DNA of 64,000 nt from Parasitella parasitica NRRL 2501 (Eukaryota; Fungi; Mucoromycota), in NCBI GenBank assembly GCA_025201805.1, contig MU619245.1:68697-132696 (forward strand). Direction: 5' to 3'. This document shows positions 37,590 to 49,645 of the stretch, piece after piece. Made by a program: the position numbers and the translations under genes. Every line of letters starts with the position of its first letter. The stretch's first letter is position 1. A model generated the notes under the pieces. The model searched no databases. It was not told where the DNA came from and saw only the letters and a program-made list of their open reading frames with translations.

Positions 37590-40136
37590 ATGCATTCTAT
37601 TCCTCGGCCAACATCTCATGGTAAAAATGAGGAAATCATTATTGATTACGAAAACGAATCTTACCACCACCAAACGCAAGAATTCATGAGGCATTTGCCA
37701 AATTATACAAAAAATTACCTCATCAGCTTATTTCCCATTGCAACCTGGTTACATCGATACAATCTGCAGGTATGTACATCTACCTTTTATTGATTGATCC
37801 GTTGCAATGAAATTAATTTCACTCTCCCTTTTTGCAGTGGTTGGTTCGTGATCTGATTGCTGGTGCCACAGTTGGAATCGTTATTGTGCCGCAGAGTATG
37901 GGCTATGCAAAAATTGCTGAACTGCCTCCGCAGTACGGCCTCTACACTGCTTTCGTCGGCTTATGTGTCTACTGTCTATTTGCTACCTCAAAAGACATCA
38001 GTATTGGCCCCACTGGTAAGCACAATGGATATGTTGGTGCATACCAAACCATCCAACTAACCATATCTTTTAATATAGCCGTAATGTCTCTGCTTGTAGG
38101 ACAAACTATAACGCGCGTTGTGTCTGCAGACCCAACTATCACAGGGCCTGAGATTGCCGTGGCGCTCTCACTGTTTACTGGTATTATTGCCATGTTTATT
38201 GGTCTCGTGCGGCTAGGCATTTTAGTTGATTTCATCCCAGGTAAGAAGAAGCAAATTTTTTGCATGATCAAAATAAGCTTTCTTTGTTTTGGTAACACCA
38301 TCTCTCTTAGCTCCTGCTATTGCTGGATTCATGAGTGGCTCCGCAATTACCATCACCATAGGTCAAATGCCCAAACTGTTTGGCATCAAAGGCATCAATA
38401 CACAGGATTCCTCCTATTTGATCTTTGGCAATTTCTTCAAACATCTCCCCGACACAAAGGTCGACGTCGCTTTTGGTCTTGTGAGCATGGCGTGGCTCTA
38501 CGGCGTTCGCTATGCATGCCAAGTACTTGGTAAACGCTATCCCAAATACTCTGTGCATCTCTTTTTCTTCAGCATCATGCGCAACGGTATTGTCGTCATC
38601 TTTGGTACTCTGATTGCCTTCTTGATCAATATCGGCAAATCCACAAGCCCTATCAGCATTCTCAAAACTGTGCCGCCTGGTTTCACTGCTATGGGTGTCC
38701 CTGTCATTCGTACAAATGTGATTTCAGGCATTGCGAGCTCTCTGCCATCTGGTGTCATCATCCTGATTCTCGAGCATGTCGCTATTGCCAAATCTTTCGG
38801 GCGCATCAACGACTATACCATCAACCCAGATCAAGAAATCATCGCCATTGGCTTCACCAACATCTGGGCCTCGTTCTTTGGCGCTTATCCGTCCACAGGC
38901 TCTTTCTCCCGCACTGCCATCAAAGCTAGATCAGGCGTCAAAACTCCTATTGCTGGTATTTTTTCGGCCCTTGTTGTCTTGCTGGCTCTTTATGCTTTGA
39001 CGCCTGCATTTTACTACATCCCTGATGCAGTTTTGGCTGCAGTGGTCATTCATGCCGTGGCTGATTTGGTCTCTGGCCCCAGCTACATCAAGCGCCTTGC
39101 TGCTGTTAGCCTTTGGGAGCTGCTTATTTTTGTTGCTACTGTCGTTATCACTTTCTTTACCACCGTGGAGTATGGCATCTACGCTTCAGTCGGCATGTCT
39201 ATCGTCATTCTTCTTTTCCGAATTGCTCGCCCTCGCTTCTGGGGCTTGGGTCGTATTCCTTTGAGCACTGCTATCAACACCGTCGCCTACCAAGATGAAA
39301 AGAAACACCAAACTGCCATGCTCCATTCTGGTTTGCAAAACTATCTTTATATTCCTGAGGGCCATCCCTCTTTGGGAGAACTGGTTGAGCCCTTGCCACC
39401 TGGTATCCTGATGTGCAAAGTCGACGAATCCTTCACTTACCCCAACTCTAGCTATATATCTGACAAGATTATCACTTATTGCAAGAAGCGTACTCGTACT
39501 GGCGGCCAGGTCCTGAAAAAGGGTGATCGCCAATGGAATGACGATGCGACGCCTGCTGTTATTGCGGCTCGTGAGAGTCTACCTCGCTTGCATGCTTTAA
39601 TCTTGGACTTTGCGAGTGTCAACAGACTGGATTCCAGTGGGCTCCAGGCTATTGTGGATGCCCAAAATGCTCTCAATCGCTACAGCGGCCATCATGTTGA
39701 ATTCCACTTTGTAAATATCTTGCATCCTGCTATTCGTCGTTGCCTGATCGTTGCTCAATTCGGTAACCAACCCAGACCTGGAGAGAACCGAAAAGAAGTG
39801 TTCCCTGTCGTACCTGCCTCTCGTGATGGGCCTCAAAGAGACGTGCCTGGGCACCAAGCTGCCGATACCGAGAACCAAGTCTCTAGTACCAGCGTCACCG
39901 ACGATGAGTCAGACGAAGTCAAGAAAGAACACACTGAGTTTGTAGAGGTTTCTTCCTCTTCGTATGAAAACCATACAGCCTCGGAGGGTATTCTTTTACC
40001 TAAAGATCGGTATCCATTTTTCCATTGGAGTAGTGACGAAGCTGTGCGCTCTGCCCTTGCTTCTTTGAGTTTGCGCCAGGAAGTTGAGGCTGACGAACAA
40101 CTGGCTACTTGCAATGATGTTCCTGAAGGCCATTAA
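37590..40136 (+). CDS. SulP/SLC26 sulfate permease with STAS domain, 4 exons
   Basis: YLISLFPIATWLHRYNLQWLVRDLIAGATVGIVIVPQSMGYA; PPQYGLYTAFVG; FATSKDISIGP; TGSFSRTA; STAS motif LILDFASVNRLDSSG. Confidence 0.95.
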
Positions 40137-41163
40137 TTTTTGGAATTTGAATTTGCACATACACTTATACCCCCCCCCCTAAATTCCATTTTTTGATTTT
40201 CTCTTTCAACTGTAATCAAATAAATTGTACCATACCTGTCTTATTGAATTCCATATGTACTTCCGAGTGTAGATTGCTCGATTTTATCGTGTACAAGATC
40301 AAATTAACACATTATCTAAATACCAAAAGCTACTGTGTGATACAAGGAGGAGCGCTTTATTCTGGTTATATACTTTAAGGGCTTCATTGTGTAGATGGAA
40401 AAGGTACCAGCGTTGCGTTTTATTCGTATATCTTCATAAAGACTAAAGATGATCTGGCAACAATTAGAATTTATGATACCATGCTGCATCTTTAAATAAG
40501 CCTTGTACTGATTTTTTCTAGCTTAACTGAACAGAAGATACTACGGCTGCTTACATTCATGACCGCAGCAGAATTTTGATTGACAATAAGGATTGAACAT
40601 CATTTACTTGGCAGCTTAATGGCAGTGACATTTACCCTGAGATGTATAGCATAAGTTTTTTGTTTACAGTCAATGTAGCGAAATTAGGGTCGTCAGGGTC
40701 AAGGAAAAGAGTTGAAACCCCTGCAATTTTAAAGATTCCAATACAATATTATGTGTTCTATGAAGTTTAAGACGGTATGTACTCTTGGTAAAATATTCGC
40801 GTTGTCATACACAGCAATAATGTATAGTTCATAGAATGAATAGTGGAAAGATTGTCTTGATGAAGGAGCTTTATCGCAAGCCTGATAGTAATTTTTGGGC
40901 CGTTTGTCATGTGCAGCGTACGCGGGACCAGACAAGCAGCTGTTTCCATGTCTCATAATGCCATACATTTGTAGTACCATGAGCGATCGAAAGCTTCCTT
41001 TCACTTGTAATCAAGGTTACCAAATGGACTGCTCAAGTTTGATGGTGGAGATTTTTTTTTCTCGGGTTTGGTGGTATGTGAACAATTAGTTGGGTGATAT
41101 CATGCTTTAACGCGAGCTTTCTATCTTCTCTTAATATTTAATTGCAAGTTGAATCTATCAAAA

Positions 41164-41286
41164 ATGTCGTCAACACCACCTCCAATGCATTCTCCTACCA
41201 GAACTAGGAGAAATTACGAAAGTACATTGGAAGCTCATCGATGGACAGTGGATAACTCTGAAAGTCGCTTTTTTCAAAAAAAAAAA

Positions 41287-41330
<44 letters not shown>

Positions 41331-44324
41331 AAAGAAAAGACATGTACAATTATCAAAAGATTGCTGATTGTACTCTTTATAGTCCCCAGTAAGAAGTATT
41401 TTAAAGGGATCTCATACACCATTGAGATATAATTCACCTCTATTTCAACATGAGCAAGAGTAAGACGCAAAGAATATCCTTAATCTGTATTTAGCCTGTG
41501 CCTGAACAGACTATTTCTATAGGCAAAGACGAAAACATTTGGCACAGCGAAGAGTTAGCTTTGCTCCTGACGCAAATCTAAGGTATGGTTTGGCGCTTGT
41601 TGCCATAGTGAACATTTCGTACTAATATCAAGAGATTTAACGTAGGCTATTTAATGAGGAGGACACGCCCGATTTATCTATGCGAAATATTCCAAATATC
41701 ATTGAAGAAACTGAGCCAACAATGCTCATGACAGATGTATTTGCTTCTCCAGCTTACGAACCACGAGAGCCGAGGTGGGAATCGGAAACTATACAACTGC
41801 TTCCTTACTCAACATTTTCTTGTAGTCCATTTCTTCAAAGATTAACCGGTTCTCCATCTGATCGCAGAAAAAGGTATTGATAATAACAGCAGCTCCTTTT
41901 TTTTTGCTCTAATGCCTAGTATTATTTTGCAGACGACCTGATCTATTCGGTAGCCCACCTGGAAACGCAAGAAGTCCAAAGAAAAGATCCGGTGGACAAC
42001 CACCTAGTTTGTTGAACAGAGTATTCGACGAGAAAGAAGAAGACGAGGGAACATCCGACTTGACTCAGTATTTGTCCTCCAGACACCAAAAGGGCCCTAG
42101 AAACATTTTCGAAGAAGACGAAGATGACGATGATGAAGGAGAAGAAACAGGCAAAGAGGTAGCAAAAGAAGCCGATAAAGAGGCAGACAATGAAGCAGGC
42201 ATAGAGGCAGATAACAAAGAGCAGCAAAAGGCTCTACAGGATCCGAATACAGAGCAATATGACACAGAAGAAGAGGAATTGGAGGATCCAACTGTAGAGA
42301 GCATGATGATTACCCAAACTTATTCAAAGCCCATACAATCATCAGATCCAGAAACACAGCAATCAAAAGAGCAGCAAGAGGAGGACCATCGTTCTTTTTA
42401 TTTGCATGAAAAATCGCCACTTCGAAACCAGAGATTCAGCCTAAGTGTAGAGTCGACTGACCGCATTTTTTCTTTTCATAATGCTGATAATGGTATTGGT
42501 ATTAGTCAGCCATTTTATAGAATAATGTCTAAATCAAGATAAATTTAGATCTACTAGAAGAGGAGTTTCCGGACACATATCATTCAATCCCTGACATCGT
42601 AAGTAGATAGCATTGGATGTTGGGTACATTGTGGCTAACTGATCTCAGGCAATCAATACAAACATGCCCTTGTCAGATTTTCTGTCTTTCGTAGGCATAT
42701 CTTTTCTTCCCGAAATCCCAGCCAAAGAGCTCAGGCGCAGATCCACATACAATATTGATTATGGTAAGATGAATTAATCAGGCTTATGTCGCTAGATGAC
42801 TCATTTACTGCGATCTCTCTGCTTTCAAAGGTGCGGCAACTGTTGCAGAGCAAGCTGCTGCTGCTGCATCGACATTACCTCAACTGGAAGTATATCAATC
42901 CTCCTGCCAAAAGCTGAATGAACTCATCCGAGACTGTAAAAATACGATTGCATCGATCGACGAAGATGTTAGTGCTGCAAACCCTCAATTCTTTTCTGAA
43001 TACCAAGAATCATCGTTGGCTGTGCGTAGCAAAATGGCTGCTAGATTTGCTGCCATAAAAAACTATGCCCACTCAAAAGCAGCTTCGGATTTCTACAAGA
43101 AATGGTGCGGCATTTTACTAGACTTTACAAATTTGTTGAAGGAAAATCACGGCAAGTTGCTGCAAGATGATCAAGTATCAGCAGAGCTTGAACAACATTT
43201 GTTGGACAAATTGCCTGAACTGTACGCTTACCAAAAGTTGCTGATGAAAGCTCATAAGGATGCTCGCATTAAGGAAACTGAATATAACCTCATCGATCAT
43301 AAAGCATTGTCAAATTTGGAGGAAGAAATATCGCAACAAGAGTAAGTCTTTGATATGTTTACTACCGAAATATGGGATGTTGAAAAATGATAAAAACTAT
43401 AGAAATTCTATCCAAGGGTTCGCAAATCAAGTAAAAAGACTAGAGATTGAGGAGATCACATTACTAGAAAAGACAGCTACTCTAGAAAGACGCAAATCCG
43501 AGTTGATGGCAACAATCAAACAAGCCAAAACTGTGCTGAAGACTACTCGGTATGTCACAGAGAAGGACCTTGCCCGTGCTGCCGACACTTTCAAAAGATG
43601 CGCTGATATCAACAAATTTCGGTTAAAAAAAGCTCTTGGCGATACAATTGAGTTGAGCATCAATGGAGACGTGGATGTTTTCATTGACCAAAATAAATTA
43701 CGGAGCCAAAGCGAAGACGCCGTGCTCATTCGTATGCTGGAGAGTCGAGATAACGAACTGGGCCCTTTGTCAGAACTTGTATATGGCTTACAATTAGTTG
43801 CAAAAGACAAGTGGGATATGAATGAGGTAATGTAGGATGGTGCATATGAGGACAGCCAGCACTAATAGCAAAACAAGATCATTCAAGACATTTCCATTTA
43901 TTGGAACCGTGTAAGGATGGTACAGCACGAGCTGGAGGAGGTGCAACGAAGATTTTGGGTGGAAATCAAGTCTCTAGAGTTTGCGAACGAAGCTGAAGAT
44001 GCAGGATTCTCTTGTCAAATTTGTGTCTACAGTTTTACGAGTAAGACAAAGTTTACTGTTTCTTTCCAAATCAAGCCAAAAGACATTCTTGATTACCCTT
44101 CTATTGATCTATCTACTTTTGAAGTTGATTTGCACTATGGCAGCATTTCGTAAGTTCAAGCAGCTTTTCGTTCACACTTGTTTGATTAGTCATACTTATT
44201 TTTGACAAAAAACAGGCCCCATTTATTAGAAGACATGCTTCAAAAGGCCATATCGGAATCAGGTTTTACCAATTTGGTTAATACGCTACGAAATATCCTT
44301 GATGAAATCTCAATACCCTCATAA
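41164..44324 (+). CDS. SPC105: Kinetochore scaffold Spc105/Spc7/KNL1, about 11 exons
   Basis: Small 5' exons absent from the ORF track encode the PP1-docking motifs RSILKG (about 41392-41409) and RRVSFAPDANLRLF. Acidic middle. Spc7-type C-terminal region: PLSDFLSFVGISFL...LPQLEVYQSSCQKL...ANPQFFSEY...IKNYAHSKAASDFYKKW, then a coiled coil and an RWD-like end. Confidence 0.85.
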
Positions 44325-44542
44325 AGATCTACGATTTTCTGATTGTACATACGCAAAACCTGAATTCTTTTGATACTACACACATTTATACATTATAGAT
44401 CGAATTTACCCAACTTAATAATAATAACACATGTCGATAGACATATAAACAGCGGTGGCTTGTGGATCAACTATTGGGCTTTATTACAAAAGCGCGGGTA
44501 TTTGGTTTGGCTTGTGTCTTTACTTTTCTTTCTCAATATAAA

Positions 44543-45465
44543 ATGGTCATGCTAGATTCAAAGCTTGCTTTGCTGCAAGAAATATCAGAGGCTGCAAAGT
44601 GTTTGGAGACAATTTTAGTCGCTCAATTTGATAAAAAGCTCGAAGTATGATATTAAAAACAGCTGGCAACACGAATATTTAAACCTGTTCTGTGTAGGGA
44701 ACGCTTGAAGCCGCTAGCCATGCTAATCTCGACTTTGATCAGATTGGTATTAACTTTGCCAAACTCAAAGATCGCCAAGTATGTTCGTTTTCTGCAACCA
44801 CCGAGAGCAAGCAAACAACAGCTGAAGCCAAAGAACATATGAATGAAAAACAAGTTGATCTTCACGATGTCATGTATGAAAAGCGTCATATTTTAGAAGA
44901 AATCGTACAATGCAGAAAGTTTAGGTACCTGGAATTCGAAAAGGATAAAAGTGATCATTTTACTTATCAGTAATGTGTAGATCTGTTTATCAAGATGTGG
45001 AGCTGATACCACTAGAAGAATTTCAATCAAAAGCAGGGCCAGAGTATCTTGAAAATTCAGACAATCCACATCAGCTATTCATCAATCGCTTAAAATATGA
45101 GCTGGTAGTCAGGGCTGCGTAAGTTGAGCACGTTTGTTTAGTCGTATTCTTGAGCTTAAAGATTACCGTTCTAGACTAAAAGAACAGCAAGAAGAACTTC
45201 AATTACAACGAACTCAATTAATCAAGGAGAATAGAAGAGCACAGAAGAAGGTTGATCAATTCGATAAACTATTGGATGATTTTGTGCAGGTAAAAATAAT
45301 ATGGAGTAAATGTGCTTATTATGGTATTTATATAATGTGTGTGCTTAGTCTGCAACACCTTTGGAAGAAGCATTGAAGGCGGAATCAAAGACAATATATG
45401 ATAATGAAATGGTGACTGAGCAAGGCACAGAAAATGGCACAGAAGTTATGGACACTTCCTTATAA
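44543..45465 (+). CDS. THOC5: THO complex subunit 5 (Thoc5/FMIP family), compact fungal form, 5 exons
   Basis: KQTTAEAKEHMNEKQVDLHDVMYEKRHILEEIVQCRKFR|SVYQDVELIPLEEF...NPHQLFINRLKYEL are Thoc5 N-domain signatures. Confidence 0.85.
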
Positions 45466-45899
45466 AATGTAAATAAAGAATATAAACCAGTCGTTTTAAC
45501 TAATTATGTTGTGATTTATAAGTGTTGAGCCTAGGCTAGAAAATTGACAGAAAAGTGTATTCAAATCGTCATTTCCTCCACTGAAAGCCAAAGTCAATAA
45601 ATATGAGCCCTAAAATTATGCCGGATTTCGCATTCAAAAAGATGAAAATCAATAGTTTTTGGTGATGGTGATGAAAACTAAGCTAATTTGATTAGTATGA
45701 AAAAAAAAAAAGTGTTTTGCCAAGTGGTAGCCTACATTTGCTCTTTCTTCGTTTTATTTCTGAAATTAATTACTGTAACAGCTCTTTTATTAAGCATCAG
45801 TCTACACAAAAGAAATCTTGCAGCCCGATACAGTAGTATACGGTACTACCGTTATTCAAATGTCTTCTAATAATGATAACTCTGCTACTTCTTCCTCAA

Positions 45900-46254
45900 A
45901 AAAGTAAAGAACAAGAAGAAGCATTCGCAATAGTGGCCATGTAAAGAAGTCTATCATTGATGAAGACTTGTCCTTGGTTAAAATTGCGAAACTTTTTAAT
46001 TTGTCTTGGTCCACAGCTGATCATATCATTGATCGCTATATGGAAAGAGGAACTGCAAAAGACAAGTGGCGAGGAGGGAGAATTCAATCGCTTGTAAAAC
46101 TCACCCAAGAGCACACCAAGTACATCTCCACCTGCTGGACGATGACTCTCAGCTTATGTTAGTTATTGTCAAAGACGAGCTTTTCAAGAATTTCCTGACC
46201 TTGCAGACGAGGGATTTCACACTCAAAGTAAACAAAACCTGTAGTGAGAAATAA
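45900..46254 (+). mobile_element. Degenerate IS630-Tc1-mariner-type transposase fragment (HTH region only)
   Basis: KIAKLFNLSWSTADHIIDRYMERGTAKDKWRGGRIQSLVKLTQEHTKYI/LLDDDSQLMLVIVKDELFKNF is the HTH-linker-HTH pattern, broken by a frameshift. No DDE domain or TIRs seen. Confidence 0.65.
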
Positions 46255-46852
46255 TCGGCAAAATTATGTTTTATAGGTTTACACAGCTATATCTATCTGT
46301 TGAAAAAAGTGGATGACTACTTCGTTACAACCCTCCACTCAACCCTTATCATACCAAAACGATTTGCAGACATTACTTGTATTGAAGATACACTCCTAGC
46401 TCTTTTCAGATTCAACGTAAGCGTCTTTTTCTATCACAAGCGTACAGTCGCCTTGAATTGACATCAACATTTGATAGCATTTTTACACCCCGTTGATTCC
46501 TGAATTAAGATAGCAAATTGTTATGAATAATATGTACAGTAATACTGGAAGTGTTTGTGAAATGAATGCCGCTGTCTCTGATAGTACTGAAATCGGTCAA
46601 AAATTTATATTTTCAAAGTTGAGAAAAAGAAAGCATGGTGCCTCCGAATCTGAAGAGGACAATTAAGAACTCCCTCATACGGATTTTTTTTATTAGTAAT
46701 AAATCAGTACCATAGTATATCCTTTGAAGCAGTTAATGATTATCATGGAAATTTCTGTGGTGCATTGGCATGAAACTCTGAGTTAGAGGTAGTTGATTAG
46801 TTGATTTCCGATCCAGTTTGTGGAATCAACATAGCATGTTACACAGTTTGAA

Positions 46853-47380
46853 TCACTGAAAAGAGCTAATGTCTATTTTGGTTACCCAATTTTCTGAATA
46901 ATTTTGGACACTTGTGTGAGAGCGTAAACAGTCAGGGAGGTATACTTCATCATCATTAGAATGGTTGCCGTCAGACTCGAACTTGATTTCGGCAGTACTT
47001 CTATTACTATGAACTACGCTCTCTACTTTCTTGCACACTTGCTATAACATCAAGTTAATTATCTAAATGATTCACGATAGGCTTTTTTATTTGTTTACCA
47101 TGGCCACCCAAATCAATTGGTAAACTTTGCAGAAGTCAAGCCCTAGAGTTTTTTCGTCTCCACTAAAGCTAGCTGTTGTAGTACCTTTTAACCTGCAAGC
47201 ATATCCATCTGGACAGTCCATAATCAACATACGTATCTTACAACCTAAAAATACAAAATTTCTGTCACTACAAGTATGCATGTATTCTTGAAATTCATCT
47301 CTTTTGTTTACGAGAAAAGACCAATCCGGCCACTTGTAACTTTTTAATTACTTCTTGCTTATTATCAACTGACTCTCATT
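46853..47380 (-). pseudogene. 3' half of a Mucoromycota REase-like hypothetical gene, cut off at its 5' side by a LINE fragment
   Basis: Two canonical introns join SVDNKQEVIKKLQVAGLVFS|xCKIRMLIMDCPDGYACRLKGTTTASFSGDEKTLGLDFCKVYQLIWVAM|QVCKKVESVVHS...VYLPDCLRS. No start is present. Family assigned from memory. Confidence 0.55.
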
Positions 47381-47382
47381 CT

Positions 47383-48447
47383 TTGACGCTTGGATACCGC
47401 TGGGCCCCAGCCAAATGCGCGTTGATCAATCCGCCGTCGCCGTCTTCATCGACCTATGTAGACCTATGTCTATATGGTGAGTCCCTGCTTGTAGTCGATG
47501 AGTTTGTTTACCTGGGTGTTCCCTTTGATCGCAAGGGCATCTGCTCATCTTCCATTGTCAAGAAATGCCAGCGTGGCGCCCTGGCTTCTATGTCGCAGCT
47601 CAATGCCATTGGATGCAACCGCTCTGGTTTCCCTTTGTTGTTCTCAACCAAACTGTATGCTTGTTTTGTTCGTCCAAAACTTGAATATGGTTTGGGTATT
47701 TCGCTCCTAAAACTGGCAGATTTCCGCGCTCTCGAGAAGGTTCAAGATACCTGTCTTCGAATGATCTTTGGAGGTCATCGCGCTGCATCGACTATGGTCT
47801 TTCGACACATGACAAATCTCCCTCTGATGAAACAACGAGCTGCTATTCTTGTTACCCAGTTTTGTCTGCGCTCCCAGTTCCTTCCTGAAGAGGGTTTGAT
47901 TTCTCTGCTGTCTGCCTCGCTATCAGACTCTTCGCTGCGACAATTGAAAAAGCAGAAAATGCCAGCCTGCGAATTGAAAAAATGGTTTTTTGAACAACGC
48001 CAGGATTGGCATTCCAAGTTTCTGGATAAAACAGGAAAGGTGCTAATCCGCGCTTGCCGCCCTGCCACTGGCACTGATCCAGTCATGCATGTCCCTGCCA
48101 GTCGACCCTGCCGTAGCCAACTTGTTCGGTACCGCATGGGCTGGCTACCTGGTAAACCTTGACCTTGCATCTGCAACACCGATCACACCTCTCGCCGCCA
48201 CCTTCATGAGTGTCCCACCCTGCCACCTCATTTGCTCTCGTCACTGCCACCACTACCAGATTCCTTTCATGGCACGATCATCGAGCATGCATTGAATTTG
48301 CTGCCGACCTCTCCCTCCTCCTCCAACTGTCCACCTTGGTGGTCTGATCTCTGCACTCTTCTTTGGCATTTTGACCAGCTCTGTAATCCTGATGGGGATT
48401 ACACGACAGATACTGTTCCTGGACAAGTGTGGGCTTCCCCAGCCTAA
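47383..48447 (+). mobile_element. 5'-truncated non-LTR retrotransposon (LINE) fragment: RT thumb region and C-terminal Cys/His domain
   Basis: GYRWAPAKC...FVYLGVPF...LYACFVRPKLEYG...LEKVQDTCLRMI...RYRMGWLPGKP*PCICNTDHTSRRHLHEC...WSDLCTLLWHFDQLCNP. One in-frame TGA at 48160-48162, GC higher than the flanks, no introns. Confidence 0.88.
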
Positions 48448-49645
48448 CAGGCGTCCAATGTCTTTCCTGCTCTGTGGTGAACCGGTTGTGATTTGCTCCC
48501 TCTGTTTGTCCCTCCACTGTTACAATATTTTTCTATGCACGATGCGAGGGCATCCATGTTGTCATTGATCTTCCTTAATAGCCATGTGTATCCCATCCAC
48601 CATCCTACCGAATATAGATGTCGTTGGTGATCTGAGATATCTTTTGCCCAACTTCCTTGTCTCCCAATGCTTGCAATAATGATCAAAAGATCAAATGCAA
48701 TATAGCATTTGCTTTATTAATTCTTTTATTTCATATTAATAAACAACCTAAATTTTCGCCTGAGGCGTATGTTATGTCTATAAACACTGCTGATGATGAA
48801 TTATTGCTAATTCTATCAAATCCATATATTTCTACCGTCATTCATCTCCCAATTAAAAACAAGCAGACCGAAGGTCTGTGGCAGTTGTTCTGGTTTTTTT
48901 TCTCTTCCAGTTTCAAAACTATTTGAGTGTTATTTTAGGCAGCAAGGATAGATGTTCCTGTTGAACGCATGCAAAATTTCATCCAGCACTCAATCGATGT
49001 ATTTCCCAAATTCTTCAATAAAGAACCTTTAATATTTGGTCAAATTATTTTCTGGAAATGCTGGGCATCCTTTATAATTGCACGAGCTTTACATGGGCAG
49101 AAATTAATCAGAAAGTGAACATGTCGATCACAGCCTTGCACAAATTGTTGTACATATAGCTTGATCTGTTATACTACAGTATATGCATATATACAGACAT
49201 ATGGTGTTTTATTTTTGTTTGGTAATTGTGTTTATTACTATTGTTTCTACGAATCTTGAATATATTATTCATCGCCCTTTGTTACTGCAATATTTGTTTT
49301 ACAGACTAAAACATACGAGAAATTCACAAACTTTATATTACAAAGATTAAGTGTCTAAACATACGTGCATTACTCTACGAAATATAAGTGGATGTGGGAA
49401 TCAACAAAGCCAGGGCTTTCCGTGAGTTCGGGATATACTATTAAGCATAGCATTGAATGTGAACATGCTAGATATTCTCACGGACCAATATATATAGTAA
49501 TTACATGTCGATTGGCATGTATTATCTATCGACAAGAACACAGTTTCGTGACTCAAGAAATGATTTATTGATTAGATCAAGTATATAAAGACAATGCCTT
49601 GAGCCTCTTTTCCACTTTGTAGTCTAGTCAGCTTCAAATATTGAG

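Noticed and set aside
22432-40136. SQR and sulfate permease in one window as a sulfur cluster
   Set aside because: They are about 14 kb apart and separated by unrelated genes, with no other sulfur genes nearby.
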